Origin: a virus
Length of the DNA stretch: 64,000 bases
Direction: 5' to 3' (one strand)
Virus record (IMG/VR): IMGVR_UViG_3300042898_004347
Location: 32,001 to 96,000 of that record
The translations under genes were made by a program, and so were the position numbers. Positions 1 to 9,733 of this stretch are shown here, in pieces. The notes beneath the pieces were generated by a model. It was not told the DNA's origin. It saw only the letters and a program-made list of their open reading frames with translations, and made no database searches. The number at the start of each line of letters is the position of its first letter. Within the stretch, counting starts at the first letter, position 1.

Positions 1-1176
1 AATTCCGGTAATGATGCCGTTCGTAATTTGAACAACACTGTTACCGCATGTCACAGTTCCAGATGCGCCATTTCCGCATCTGACAGATCCATTTAGATCT
101 ATTGTTGCATAGTTTAAATTGATTCCATTGGATGTGAGACTCACAATTGTTCCATCCGTATTGTTTGCGGCTAAATTTCCATTCGATTTAAGTTTATTAG
201 TGTGAGTATTTGCAATTGTTTTTGATGAATTTATACCTCGCTCAGCATCAATGTGATCGGACTGCGCTATCTTTGATTGGCGATGACCGTGAATATATTC
301 GGTTTTATCTCCCCGCACCTCGAGATGATAATTTCCTCCAACGTACTGCCTGAGATTGCCATCAATTGTCATGTTAACATTACCTTTGCCTCCGCCATCA
401 GTTGACGAAGCTCTTACGTGTATGTAATCATCACCAATAATTACTGTTTGATTAGATCCAACGACCGTTGTTATTTTATTTCCCTTCTTATCAATTTCTG
501 TATATGTTCCTGATTTATGATAATCAAGTAATCGTTCATGGCCCGGTGTATCATCAACTTCAAAAACATGGCCCGATTCACTTTTAAAAACGTGATTTTT
601 AGGATATTCTGGTTTTACAGTATCACCGATATTCCAATTGGTCATTTTGTATGCTTCTGGTTCTGACGCCTGTCCCGTCATGGGAGGACGCTGAGCAACT
701 GGAATGTCTGTGCCTAAATATTTTTCTCTGGACTTATACGCCTCAGATTCGGCAAATTTAGTTCTGGCCTCAAGCGGAATATCAGGAGTTCCTAATTTAG
801 CTGGAAGAGGATACTTTCCGGCGGGATCAGAAAACCCCTTTGTTTTATCCGGCTGTTGTTCCGTCATTGATGGAATTGTACCAAGAACAATTGGATCTTG
901 AGCAGATGGTCCGTCGCGGAAGAAACCAATTACCCAAGAACCGGGCAGTACTCCTGTTGCGGACATTCCAATTCCAGACATTGATGCAGAATTTACAGGA
1001 GTCATAACTGAAGCCCAGGGTAGGTTTTCTGTTTTAATGAGACCCCGATCATCTGTATGATAACCAATGCAACGAACTCTTATGCGTCCCATCTGCAAAG
1101 GATCATTCACATCTTCCACGACACCGGTGAACCAGGAGAAGACGCCACCTATAAAACTATCTGGGGAGTAACTCAT
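1..1176 (-). CDS. gp5: Baseplate hub/spike protein gp5-like (OB-fold N-terminus, no lysozyme domain); stop lies outside the window
   Basis: Not in the ORF track. Manual translation from ATG 1176: MSYSPDSFIGGVFSWFTGVVEDVNDPLQMGRIRVRCIGYH...LPWA...GSWVIGFFRDG..AQDPIVLG, the gp5 N-terminal motif; also HVFEVDDTPGHERL. Confidence 0.92.
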   Translation of the reverse strand, partial: MSYSPDSFIGGVFSWFTGVVEDVNDPLQMGRIRVRCIGYHTDDRGLIKTENLPWASVMTPVNSASMSGIGMSATGVLPGSWVIGFFRDGPSAQDPIVLGTIPSMTEQQPDKTKGFSDPAGKYPLPAKLGTPDIPLEARTKFAESEAYKSREKYLGTDIPVAQRPPMTGQASEPEAYKMTNWNIGDTVKPEYPKNHVFKSESGHVFEVDDTPGHERLLDYHKSGTYTEIDKKGNKITTVVGSNQTVIIGDDYIHVRASSTDGGGKGNVNMTIDGNLRQYVGGNYHLEVRGDKTEYIHGHRQSKIAQSDHIDAERGINSSKTIANTHTNKLKSNGNLAANNTDGTIVSLTSNGINLNYATIDLNGSVRCGNGASGTVTCGNSVVQITNGIITGI

Positions 1177-2618
1177 ACACTTAAAACATCCATCGAATAT
1201 GCATCGGTATTTGCACGAACCTCGCAATAATATTGTTGTTCAAATTTATGAACGACCGAAGTGATTAAATAGTATCCGCTAAACATTGCCTGATTCTCAA
1301 CGATCTCCTTTTTATTTGGATCTTTTGTTGGCTTAAAGGTTGATCTTAATAACAATTTGACAATTTTACCCGAATGAAAATCAAGGTCACCCGTAATAGT
1401 AAAGTCATGGGATATAAATTGCATGTTTTCGTTCACTGAATTTGCAATATTTATAAATTTATTTTTTGTTGCACTATGGTAATTGTTACTGGTTCCAAGT
1501 GATTTTTCGTTTAACGAAATGTAATTGATATTGGCATTACTAAAATCTGAAAGTGCTGATCCAATTCCAGTTTCGAATAACTTTTCCTGTGCATTAATAA
1601 TTTTACCATCGAATCCGGATGTAGCTTCATTTATTTTATTAAACGGTTCGCGTGTTTCCGGAGTAAATGAATCGGAAAGCGAAGAATTTGCTCCAATTTT
1701 TGCCATCTTTGGAAATTCTACACGATAATCAAAATCAAGAGTTTCAATTTTTTTTGACGAAATATTTACATAAACAGATTTTGAAGCATAGGCTCCATTT
1801 ATACTAGACAAATATTTTGATATTCCGACGTTTGAAGCCAGATTTAAAATGCGGCCCTTTCTCTGATTAAAATCTTCAGTGGTTCCAACCTTGTACTGAA
1901 AGAACTGTCCATCAGTATATTCATTAATATTATTCTCTTTGGCTTTTGCATTAATATCCATATGCGATTCGATATGAATTTTTCCATCAAGCGTTTCATA
2001 GCAATACCATGGGCTTCCATGAGAATCATAGCAGCGGCGAAGGACCCACATAATAGCGTCTATTGGGTTTAAATTTGGAACAATAAATGAAACTAACGGT
2101 GAAGACTGTTTACTCTGAACAATATCTAATGTATTTACTTTTAAATCCTCGGTTAACGTAGTCTTAATAAAATCAGCCATAGTGCCACTAAATGCCCGTG
2201 AAATCTTTTTAAGTTTTGATAGGTAAATATGTCGAGATACTCCCTTTATAGTATAAACCTGAATTCTATTCTCCATTTTTCCATAGAGCGGATATTCAGT
2301 AACAAAAAACATTCTACTTATTGTTTTAGGCTTTTGATTAGCATCGTCTAGCTGACTACCCTGTGTTAAATTTACTGTAATGGTTTCTTGGCCTGTTAAT
2401 TCGCCAATTTCGAAAAAATTAATAGAATCTTTTATACTAATTGAAAGAATCAATCCTGCATGATATATGCTCTCGGTAATTGAAAAATCAGTTTGCATTG
2501 AAGTCAAATCATATGTTTGACCATAATGATTTTCAAGAACAATACTTGTAATTCGATATGCTTCCGGAACGTGAAGTTCGTTAGCATCTCTTTTTTCTAA
2601 ATTTGCCGTCTTACTCAT
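1173..2618 (-). CDS. Baseplate hub protein (gp27-like)
   Basis: 481 aa between gp53 and gp5; ITESIY..L.LSISIKDS at the N-terminus and SGYYLITSVVHKF at the C-terminus, typical of hub proteins. Confidence 0.7.
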   Translation of the reverse strand: MSKTANLEKRDANELHVPEAYRITSIVLENHYGQTYDLTSMQTDFSITESIYHAGLILSISIKDSINFFEIGELTGQETITVNLTQGSQLDDANQKPKTISRMFFVTEYPLYGKMENRIQVYTIKGVSRHIYLSKLKKISRAFSGTMADFIKTTLTEDLKVNTLDIVQSKQSSPLVSFIVPNLNPIDAIMWVLRRCYDSHGSPWYCYETLDGKIHIESHMDINAKAKENNINEYTDGQFFQYKVGTTEDFNQRKGRILNLASNVGISKYLSSINGAYASKSVYVNISSKKIETLDFDYRVEFPKMAKIGANSSLSDSFTPETREPFNKINEATSGFDGKIINAQEKLFETGIGSALSDFSNANINYISLNEKSLGTSNNYHSATKNKFINIANSVNENMQFISHDFTITGDLDFHSGKIVKLLLRSTFKPTKDPNKKEIVENQAMFSGYYLITSVVHKFEQQYYCEVRANTDAYSMDVLSV

Positions 2619-3808
2619 GAGGCATTTTTATTAATTAAACTGTAGTACAGCTGAACAAACTTATAGATGTAATTAGGATGGATGATTCGAATCTTTGATC
2701 TTTGTTCATTTACTTCAATTTCATATGCTCGGTTTGAAACTGCAGTAAGATCCGCATCGCCTGTTCCAACTTGATTTCCTGGGCCGACATCATTGATTCC
2801 TTGTTCATCAACATGCACACTATTATAGGATATTAATCCCTCACTATTTAAATAGTGATGCGGGGCATCCGGAGAACTATAAACTTTATATGATGTAATT
2901 TTATCACCTGAATTCTGGCCAGTAATGATTTCGGTATCCTGGAACAACCTCTCAACCTGAGTAATTGATACATGCGCTCTGGAGCATTTTGACGTGGCTC
3001 CAATGAGAGAAAGACCTGCCGTAAAACCCCCAGATACGTATCCAACCATGAGACTTGTTTGTGATTCAACTTCAAAAATAAGAGCGGATCGAATTGTTCC
3101 GTTTGGCAGAGTCATAGAAATACTTTCTCCCACAGTATATGTGGGATGAGCAGTTCCAGTTCCAGTTCCAATTCCAGTTGCTGTAAAAACAGAGCCAACA
3201 GTGTTTATTACTGCCCCTGGAAATGTTGTATTCCCAACTGTTACAATTTTATAATTTGCCCCTATAACGAAGGAACCCGCAGTTACTGCAACAGGTGCAG
3301 CAACAGTCAGGCGAAATTGAGCAAGAGTAACTGCCTGAAGCTGACTTTGTTGGATATTTTTACTTATTACAATCCCGCGTGCACTAGAGGTACTTCCAAA
3401 AATCGTTTCACCAAACAGAAATCGATTGGCTAAAGAATTTGGTTGGTCAAAAATTAAGCCATCGCCGGTTCGAGATATGTATGGACGAGTTTCAATTATA
3501 ATTCCTGGATATTCCTCCGCAATATATTCAATTAATTCTTGGTCTGGCATTGGCCAACCTGAGATTCCATTCTTTAGATGTTCGTTTATCAGAAAAAACA
3601 CCCAGTAATATTCCGATGTACCATAAAGCGAATTAGATACAATGTCTGGACGTTCACCGTCTCTAATCTGATAATTAATATACGTTGTAATCTCATCGAA
3701 ATATTGTTCATTCGCCTTTACAAATCTAAACAAATCGACGATATTTGTATCGATGCCGTTAGAATCAAAATCGTATGGTATCTTAGGGAACTGTTGAAAG
3801 AATGGCAT
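2615..3808 (-). CDS. gp53: Baseplate wedge protein gp53
   Basis: FFQQFPKIPYDF...YQIRDGERPDIVSNSLYGTSEYYWVFFLIN and C-terminal YEIEVNEQRSKIRII. Confidence 0.88.
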   Translation of the reverse strand: MPFFQQFPKIPYDFDSNGIDTNIVDLFRFVKANEQYFDEITTYINYQIRDGERPDIVSNSLYGTSEYYWVFFLINEHLKNGISGWPMPDQELIEYIAEEYPGIIIETRPYISRTGDGLIFDQPNSLANRFLFGETIFGSTSSARGIVISKNIQQSQLQAVTLAQFRLTVAAPVAVTAGSFVIGANYKIVTVGNTTFPGAVINTVGSVFTATGIGTGTGTAHPTYTVGESISMTLPNGTIRSALIFEVESQTSLMVGYVSGGFTAGLSLIGATSKCSRAHVSITQVERLFQDTEIITGQNSGDKITSYKVYSSPDAPHHYLNSEGLISYNSVHVDEQGINDVGPGNQVGTGDADLTAVSNRAYEIEVNEQRSKIRIIHPNYIYKFVQLYYSLINKNAS

Positions 3809-3817
3809 GAGAATAAA

Positions 3818-4987
3818 TTAGGATTTTCTTCCTTCGGACAATTTTTCAATATCCGCAAGAGTAAGCGCTCTGGTTTCTTCGAATGTTAACTGAACATCTG
3901 TTTCGACTGGATGTCCATCCGCGTGAAACATATTACCGCTACTGTTATACACCGAGCTCATTCCTGTAAGGTAACAGTCATATATCCCTGGAAGTTTTGT
4001 ATTTTCTGAAGCCGTGGATCCATCGTAAAAATGTATATTCCATATTGGAGGATATGTTAAAATTAAATCATTTCCCATCGGATACATATTTTGCCGAAAT
4101 CTTTTTATAATTTCAGTAATTGCATCTGCTTCTTTTTTATCCTTTGGCATCATTTTAAATGAAAACTGAAACTGTCTTATTGTACTATTCTGAAATGCCG
4201 TATTTGTATTTGGAGCAACAACCTGACGAGAACCAAAATCTATAAAATTGCTAACATTGTCAAATCCTGTAATTTTAGCCGCAAGTGATGCAACTGCAGC
4301 ACCATTTGCGCTTCTCATTTTATTCATCAGTGTTCCGGCAGCAGCACCAATTGCTCCGCCAGCTCCAGACATAAATCCACCTTCATTCACGGCTGCCGTT
4401 GTTGCTTTTGCGATTGTGGAACCAATAATTCCAAGATCAATGGCGGAATACTGCATATTGTCCGAAAAGGAAATACCTGGAGGAATTGGAAGATAGATAG
4501 ATCTTTCTCCAGAAGCACCCTTTCGGGCAACAAAACCTATAAAGGGAAGCGCGCGAGCGGTAGTAGTAAGGTTAGATGGAAATAGAAGAGGTGGTTCTGA
4601 TCTTGTCCATATCTTTGGGTCGCCCGCATATTCTGAAATTGATGTTCCATTCTGTTGTCGAAGCGTCACCCCGTCAGTATTCTGTCGTTCTGTTAATGCG
4701 GCAGGTGACGCGGTGTTTGGTGGGTCACCTGCTATATTGCCTTCATTTTCGTAACTACGGTCATCATTACGATTAATCTTAGACTCATTAACACTTGGAG
4801 GCGGTGCCTCTGCAATTATAGGGGCCGTTTGCGCAGCTTTTATGGCCGCAGTTTTGTTTACCATCGCCTGAGTATTGCTTGTTGCATCTGCAATATTTTC
4901 AAAGAAGTTACCCAGGGATTTGACCAGAGCTCCAGCAGGATCCGATGGATTCGTGGTACTAACTGGCATGAAATACAAGCCTGGCAT
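3818..4987 (-). CDS. gp48: Baseplate tail-tube cap gp48-like
   Basis: IYLPIPPGISFSD, NTNTAFQ..IRQFQFSFKMMPK..EA..I..II..FR, PVETDVQLTFEE. Confidence 0.85.
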   Translation of the reverse strand: MPGLYFMPVSTTNPSDPAGALVKSLGNFFENIADATSNTQAMVNKTAAIKAAQTAPIIAEAPPPSVNESKINRNDDRSYENEGNIAGDPPNTASPAALTERQNTDGVTLRQQNGTSISEYAGDPKIWTRSEPPLLFPSNLTTTARALPFIGFVARKGASGERSIYLPIPPGISFSDNMQYSAIDLGIIGSTIAKATTAAVNEGGFMSGAGGAIGAAAGTLMNKMRSANGAAVASLAAKITGFDNVSNFIDFGSRQVVAPNTNTAFQNSTIRQFQFSFKMMPKDKKEADAITEIIKRFRQNMYPMGNDLILTYPPIWNIHFYDGSTASENTKLPGIYDCYLTGMSSVYNSSGNMFHADGHPVETDVQLTFEETRALTLADIEKLSEGRKS

Positions 4988-5044
4988 TAGAGTGCACTCC
5001 TAACTTTAAATTTGGTTTGCATAAATAGCATTTTAACTATTTAT

Positions 5045-5485
5045 ATGGCATACCGAGGTCGATTCAGCCCAAAGAACCCAAGTAAGTACAGAGGTGACGT
5101 GATTGGCATTGTCTATCGCTCGCTCTGGGAACGACAACTTTTTCGGTGGTTAGACGAACAATCTTTTGTTGCATCATGGTCATCCGAGGAGGTTGTAATA
5201 CCATACCGATGCAAAACGGATGGTCGAATTCATAGGTACTTTGTGGATGTCAAGTTTGAATTTACGGATGGTCGCATTATGTTAATTGAGGTGAAACCGT
5301 CAAAGGAAGTGAGTCCGCCAAAGAATACTGGAAGAAAGACTCGTAGATACATCACAGAGGTTATGACGTATGCAAAGAATATCTCAAAATGGGAGGCGGC
5401 CACTGAATATGCTGCGGATCGGGGATGGATCTTTGAAATCTGGGATGAAAACATGTTAAGGAAACTGGGTATGAAGATCCTTTAG
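5045..5485 (+). CDS. gp4: Head completion nuclease gp4
   Basis: MAYRGRFSPKNPSKYRGD..IVYRSLWE, HRYFVD, IEVKP; start moved to ATG 5045, downstream of CATAAATA (5020-5027). Confidence 0.92.
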   Translation: MAYRGRFSPKNPSKYRGDVIGIVYRSLWERQLFRWLDEQSFVASWSSEEVVIPYRCKTDGRIHRYFVDVKFEFTDGRIMLIEVKPSKEVSPPKNTGRKTRRYITEVMTYAKNISKWEAATEYAADRGWIFEIWDENMLRKLGMKIL

Positions 5486-5493
5486 GATTGTGA

Positions 5494-5501
5494 TATAAAT
5501 A
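5494..5501 (+). promoter_or_regulatory. T4-type late promoter TATAAATA
   Basis: Exact consensus 8 nt before the gp2 ATG. Confidence 0.8.
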
Positions 5502-5509
5502 GATGATCT

Positions 5510-6109
5510 ATGGCAGTCTCACTCTTCACTACTCTCGAAAAAGAGTTCACCACGACGGGATTCGAAAAGCGTTCCGCCCAGGCTCGAGCCTGGTTCACTG
5601 AAAGAGTTAAAGAACTGAATGGTAGAATTAATAGAGTTAAACTGTTAAAAGATGAAAATTTAACAGTTCGATCGATGCCAATATGGGGATCAATGTACAT
5701 GTTTGCATATGATCCCAAGCTAAAGAAAGAATTACCCTATTACGACCGTTTTCCTTTAGTATTAGTCATTCAGCCAGCAGAAGGCGGGTTTCTGGGTCTC
5801 AATCTTCACTATCTACATCCAAAAATCCGTGCAAAGTTTCTGGACAAATTGATGGGAACAATCTCGGATGATAAACTCACAGAGAAAACTCGTTTAAAGG
5901 TTCGTTATAGCCTCCTTGCTTCGGCAAAGAGACTTCGTGAATTTGCGCCATGTTTAAAGCATTACCTCAAGAGCCACATGAAAACCCGAGCTTCCCAGGT
6001 GTTTGCTCCGGAATGGGAGACGGCAATATTTCTTCCAACCGAACACTTTAAAGGTGCCACGAAGAATAAGGTATGGCTCGAATCACGCAAACAATTTCAG
6101 AAAATTTGA
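5510..6109 (+). CDS. gp2: DNA end protector gp2
   Basis: MYMFAYDPKLKKELPYYDRFPLV, GFLGLNLHYL, EWETAIFLPTEHF. Confidence 0.93.
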   Translation: MAVSLFTTLEKEFTTTGFEKRSAQARAWFTERVKELNGRINRVKLLKDENLTVRSMPIWGSMYMFAYDPKLKKELPYYDRFPLVLVIQPAEGGFLGLNLHYLHPKIRAKFLDKLMGTISDDKLTEKTRLKVRYSLLASAKRLREFAPCLKHYLKSHMKTRASQVFAPEWETAIFLPTEHFKGATKNKVWLESRKQFQKI

Positions 6110-6114
6110 TCTAA

Positions 6115-6819
6115 ATGGCAACACTAGTCGACAATATTCTTGGATCCAAAATCGGTAACGCCATTCTTGGTAACTCGATTGACAATTTAAAGACCTCGCT
6201 CATTAAACATGGGGGAGTTGCTCATGAAAATCGGTTCACTGTAAATTTTTCTCCGCCAAAACAGTCCTTGTTTAATTTAGATCTACGTAATATTGTCACA
6301 TCCGCTCTTTCTGGGACATTTAATGCAAAGAATCTGATTAACGATTACAGAGACATTACAATCCTGTGCGAATCCTGCTCATTGCCCGGAAGACAAATCA
6401 TGACTTTGGATTATCAGTTAGAAAAACACGCGGTAAAGCGGCCCTACAGTTTCTTTAACGAAGAGGTCAATTTTACCTTTATTCTCACTGGCGATTATTA
6501 CATGAAGAAAATTTTTGATAAGTGGTCTGAAGAAATCATGGGATTTAATAATTATCGTCTTAACTACATTAAAGACTTTGCAGTTGACGTTACAATAACC
6601 CAGTTAAATAAGAAAAATCTTCCCATCTATACTGTGGTCTTGCACAACGCATATCCAGTTACATTTAATTCAATTGTACTTGACAACACCGCGGAAAATT
6701 CAGTTCAAAAGTTTTCCGTGACCATGGCCTACGAAAACTTCTTCGTGGACAAAGTTCCTACAAGCAAAAACGCAAGCGTAACACTTGGACCTCTTAAGGT
6801 TTTAGAACTTGGAGTGTAA
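6115..6819 (+). CDS. gp54: Baseplate tail-tube initiator gp54 (gp19 fold)
   Basis: LCESCSLPGR, FDKW, VTITQL, LHNAYPV..SIVLD, FSVTMAY. Confidence 0.8.
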   Translation: MATLVDNILGSKIGNAILGNSIDNLKTSLIKHGGVAHENRFTVNFSPPKQSLFNLDLRNIVTSALSGTFNAKNLINDYRDITILCESCSLPGRQIMTLDYQLEKHAVKRPYSFFNEEVNFTFILTGDYYMKKIFDKWSEEIMGFNNYRLNYIKDFAVDVTITQLNKKNLPIYTVVLHNAYPVTFNSIVLDNTAENSVQKFSVTMAYENFFVDKVPTSKNASVTLGPLKVLELGV

Positions 6820-6873
6820 AAATTTTACATTTTATAATACTTTTCGATTGATTAACAACTAAATCATACCTAT

Positions 6874-7614
6874 ATGCCACTACCGATTATTGAAACACCG
6901 AAATATGAAACAAAGCTTCCTTCCACCGGAAAGAAGGTTTTTTACCGTCCATATCTCGTCAAAGAAGAAAAGATGCTCATGATTGCACTTGAGTCTGCTG
7001 ATTCAAAGCAGATCATGCAGGCAGTCAAAGATACGATTTCAGCATGCACATACAATAAGGTGGATCCGGGTGAACTACCTATTTTTGATCTGGAGTATAT
7101 GTTTCTTCGGCTTCGGGCAAAATCTGTGGGAGAAATCTCGAAGCTCAATCTAAAATGTACCAGCTGTGAAAAGAACACTCGTGTTGATGTAAATTTAGAT
7201 GAAATTAAGATTGATGTAAAGAATCTTCCTTCTAACACAATTCAACTGACTGACACAATTGGAATCACAATGAATTGGCCCAAAGTTGATTTAGTTGCTG
7301 AGTTTAGTGGTGAAGGTGATCTGGAGAAACAGAATAAAGCAGAATTGGCTTTTAATATCATTGCTGGATGTATTGAATCTATCTTTGATAGCAAGAGGGT
7401 CTATCCCGCAAAGGATCAAACCAAAGCAGAATTACACGAATTCCTCGAGTCATTGAATCAGAATCAATTCAAAAAGATTCAAGAATTCATTGAGGCTATG
7501 CCAAAATTAGAACATAATGTTGAGTTTGAATGCGCACATTGCAAGACTAAAAATTCTGTACTCATCAAGGGTATTCAAAGTTTTTTCTCATCGCCCTCTC
7601 CCACGACAGTTTGA
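6874..7614 (+). CDS. gp26: Baseplate hub assembly protein gp26
   Basis: MPLPIIETPKYETKLPSTGKKVFYRPYLVKEEK, FDLEYMFLRLRAKSVGE, two CxxC motifs. Confidence 0.92.
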   Translation: MPLPIIETPKYETKLPSTGKKVFYRPYLVKEEKMLMIALESADSKQIMQAVKDTISACTYNKVDPGELPIFDLEYMFLRLRAKSVGEISKLNLKCTSCEKNTRVDVNLDEIKIDVKNLPSNTIQLTDTIGITMNWPKVDLVAEFSGEGDLEKQNKAELAFNIIAGCIESIFDSKRVYPAKDQTKAELHEFLESLNQNQFKKIQEFIEAMPKLEHNVEFECAHCKTKNSVLIKGIQSFFSSPSPTTV

Positions 7615-7778
7615 TGAATCATTATCAGACTAATTTCGCCCTTATGCAACATCACAAATACAGTCTATCAGAATTAGAACTGATGTTGCCGTGGGAGAGG
7701 GAAATCTACGTAGCGCTCTTAGTGGATCATGTCAAAGAGGAGAACGAAAAGGCTAGGAAGAGAACTACATCTAAGTAA
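7614..7778 (+). CDS. gp51: Baseplate hub assembly catalyst gp51 (possibly expressed by -1 frameshift from gp26)
   Basis: Below the ORF-track cutoff; MNHYQTNFALMQHHKYSLSELELMLPWEREIYVALLVDHVKEENEK. Confidence 0.88.
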   Translation: MNHYQTNFALMQHHKYSLSELELMLPWEREIYVALLVDHVKEENEKARKRTTSK

Positions 7779-7792
7779 AGAAACATACCATC

Positions 7793-9676
7793 ATGGCTGA
7801 AGCAAAAGACAAAAACGAAACATTCAAGAATATCCTCCTTGAGCTCATGGTCTCGAATGAGACTCTTGATAAGATTAATGCGAACACACTCAATGCCTCT
7901 GAGATGGGACTTGAGGCTGCCGCTAGTCTTGAATCATTAGTCGCAAATCAGTCATTAAGCAACTCAGGAGGATCTGCAGCCAACGAGGGCGGTTCTCAGC
8001 CGCAGATGGAGTTTCTGACTGAGGGTATGATTTCTATTTTAAATCTTATTGCAACAGATTCGCTCAGAACAGTGGTTGCGTTAAATGCTATAAGCCAGTT
8101 AATGAGCGACACGTTTGAACTGAACAAATCTGAGGCTTTAAAAAACGAGGAAGCTCGGCGCGAGGCTGAAAAGAATAAAAACCGAAATGCTGTGGCTGAC
8201 GTAATTGAAACTCCAGAAATGGAAAGCAGCTTTGGAATAATGGGAACTCTTGCTGCAATTGCTGGACTTGTAGTTGGATTTGTTACTGGAGTCGTCAGTG
8301 CTTTAGTGAGTACCTTTACAAAGGTCATGACAGCAATTGGTAAATTCTTAAAATTGGATGTTCTTCTTGCTAAAATTGGTCTGAGTTCGGCTAAAATTGC
8401 TGAGTTTTTTAAGCCATTAACTGACGGTTTTAAAAAGATATCCACGAATATAAGTGAGGCATTTACATTTGTAAAAACTGCCATTTCAGAATCATCCTTG
8501 GTCAAAAATATCAAAAAATTCTTTGAACCATTAAAAGATCTATTTGCATTCTTCTCAAAGGAAGGATCAATCATTAGCAAAATTACTAGTCTGGGTGGAA
8601 AGGTGAGTTCTTGGTTTTCAAAATTAACAGAAATATTTGGTCTATTCTTCCGAGTTGGAAAGGTATTCGGTAAGCTTTTTGGATATGTTGGAATTGCAAT
8701 ATCAGTATTCGAATCAATCAGCAAGGCCTTTGAAGTCTTCCAAAAGACTGGCGATATTGGTGCCGCGCTTGAAGTTGGAGTTGTCGGTTTCATAAATGCC
8801 TTTACAGGAGAAATCCTAGATCTATTAAAGGATGCTGTCTCCTGGATCGCAGGTGCACTTGGATTTAAAGATGTAGAAAAGTTCCTTGATTCATTTAGCT
8901 TTACTGACATTATTGCGGAATTATTTCATCGGTTCATTAAAGCGGGCAGGGATATGTTTGAGAAATTCTTTCAAAATTTTGTCGACATATTTGACGATAT
9001 TTCGACAAAATTCAACGAAGGGGATATTATCGGAGGTATTGCAGAAATTTTTAGGGGGTTTTTAAAAACTGCGGCAACGCTCCTTCTAGATATACCAAAA
9101 AACCTTTTGGCCAGTGCTGCGGAAGGTCTTGGTTTTGCTTCATTTGCAAAAGATGTAAGAGATTTTAGTTTTTCTTCATTGTTCGGCGGCACAAACACAA
9201 AAACTGGAGGAGACGTTCAGACAGATACGAAAAGTATTACTGCTGCAGCGGGCGACACAACGGCAGCAAAGGCAGCAGCAAAGGTTCTTGAGAAAACAAA
9301 AGATCAGCAGAAAGGCGCGGCTGGGGAAAGCGCAGAAGAAAGCAATCCTCTTGTGAATCTTTTTGGATCCGATCCATTTGGTGATTTTAATAAAGCAGTA
9401 TTAGAAAACTTTAACAGGACGACAAATCCTTCAGGAGCTGCAATTACTCCAGCCACGGTCGAAAATGTTGGTGCTCAGATTGCTGCACTTGGCACTAATA
9501 CATCCGATATGGTACAGGATGCGGCAGGGCGAGCAGCATCTTCAGTCGTGGCTCCAGTAACTAATACTAAAAATAACACAACAAACAATAGCAGCGTTAC
9601 AATTCAGCAATCGAATCTGCCGGATAAGACTGCGCTTTCTCTTCGTCCATCTTGGGTATTCCCAGGCGGATACTAA
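7793..9676 (+). CDS. Tail tape measure / baseplate hub gp29-like
   Basis: 627 aa amphipathic helical repeats, hydrophobic segment, N/T-rich C-terminus; follows gp26-gp51. Confidence 0.72.
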   Translation: MAEAKDKNETFKNILLELMVSNETLDKINANTLNASEMGLEAAASLESLVANQSLSNSGGSAANEGGSQPQMEFLTEGMISILNLIATDSLRTVVALNAISQLMSDTFELNKSEALKNEEARREAEKNKNRNAVADVIETPEMESSFGIMGTLAAIAGLVVGFVTGVVSALVSTFTKVMTAIGKFLKLDVLLAKIGLSSAKIAEFFKPLTDGFKKISTNISEAFTFVKTAISESSLVKNIKKFFEPLKDLFAFFSKEGSIISKITSLGGKVSSWFSKLTEIFGLFFRVGKVFGKLFGYVGIAISVFESISKAFEVFQKTGDIGAALEVGVVGFINAFTGEILDLLKDAVSWIAGALGFKDVEKFLDSFSFTDIIAELFHRFIKAGRDMFEKFFQNFVDIFDDISTKFNEGDIIGGIAEIFRGFLKTAATLLLDIPKNLLASAAEGLGFASFAKDVRDFSFSSLFGGTNTKTGGDVQTDTKSITAAAGDTTAAKAAAKVLEKTKDQQKGAAGESAEESNPLVNLFGSDPFGDFNKAVLENFNRTTNPSGAAITPATVENVGAQIAALGTNTSDMVQDAAGRAASSVVAPVTNTKNNTTNNSSVTIQQSNLPDKTALSLRPSWVFPGGY

Positions 9677-9707
9677 AAAAGAGGCTCCCTTTCGAGAGCC
9701 TCCTTTT
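9675..9707. terminator. Bidirectional intrinsic terminator
   Basis: A6-GAGGCTC...GAGCCTC-CTTTT between convergent genes. Confidence 0.8.
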
Positions 9708-9733
9708 GCATTATATGGTGAATGAATTTCGGA

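Noticed and set aside
7996-8910. 304-aa antisense ORF inside the tape-measure gene
   Set aside because: Shadow frame of a well-supported gene; no promoter or recognisable motif
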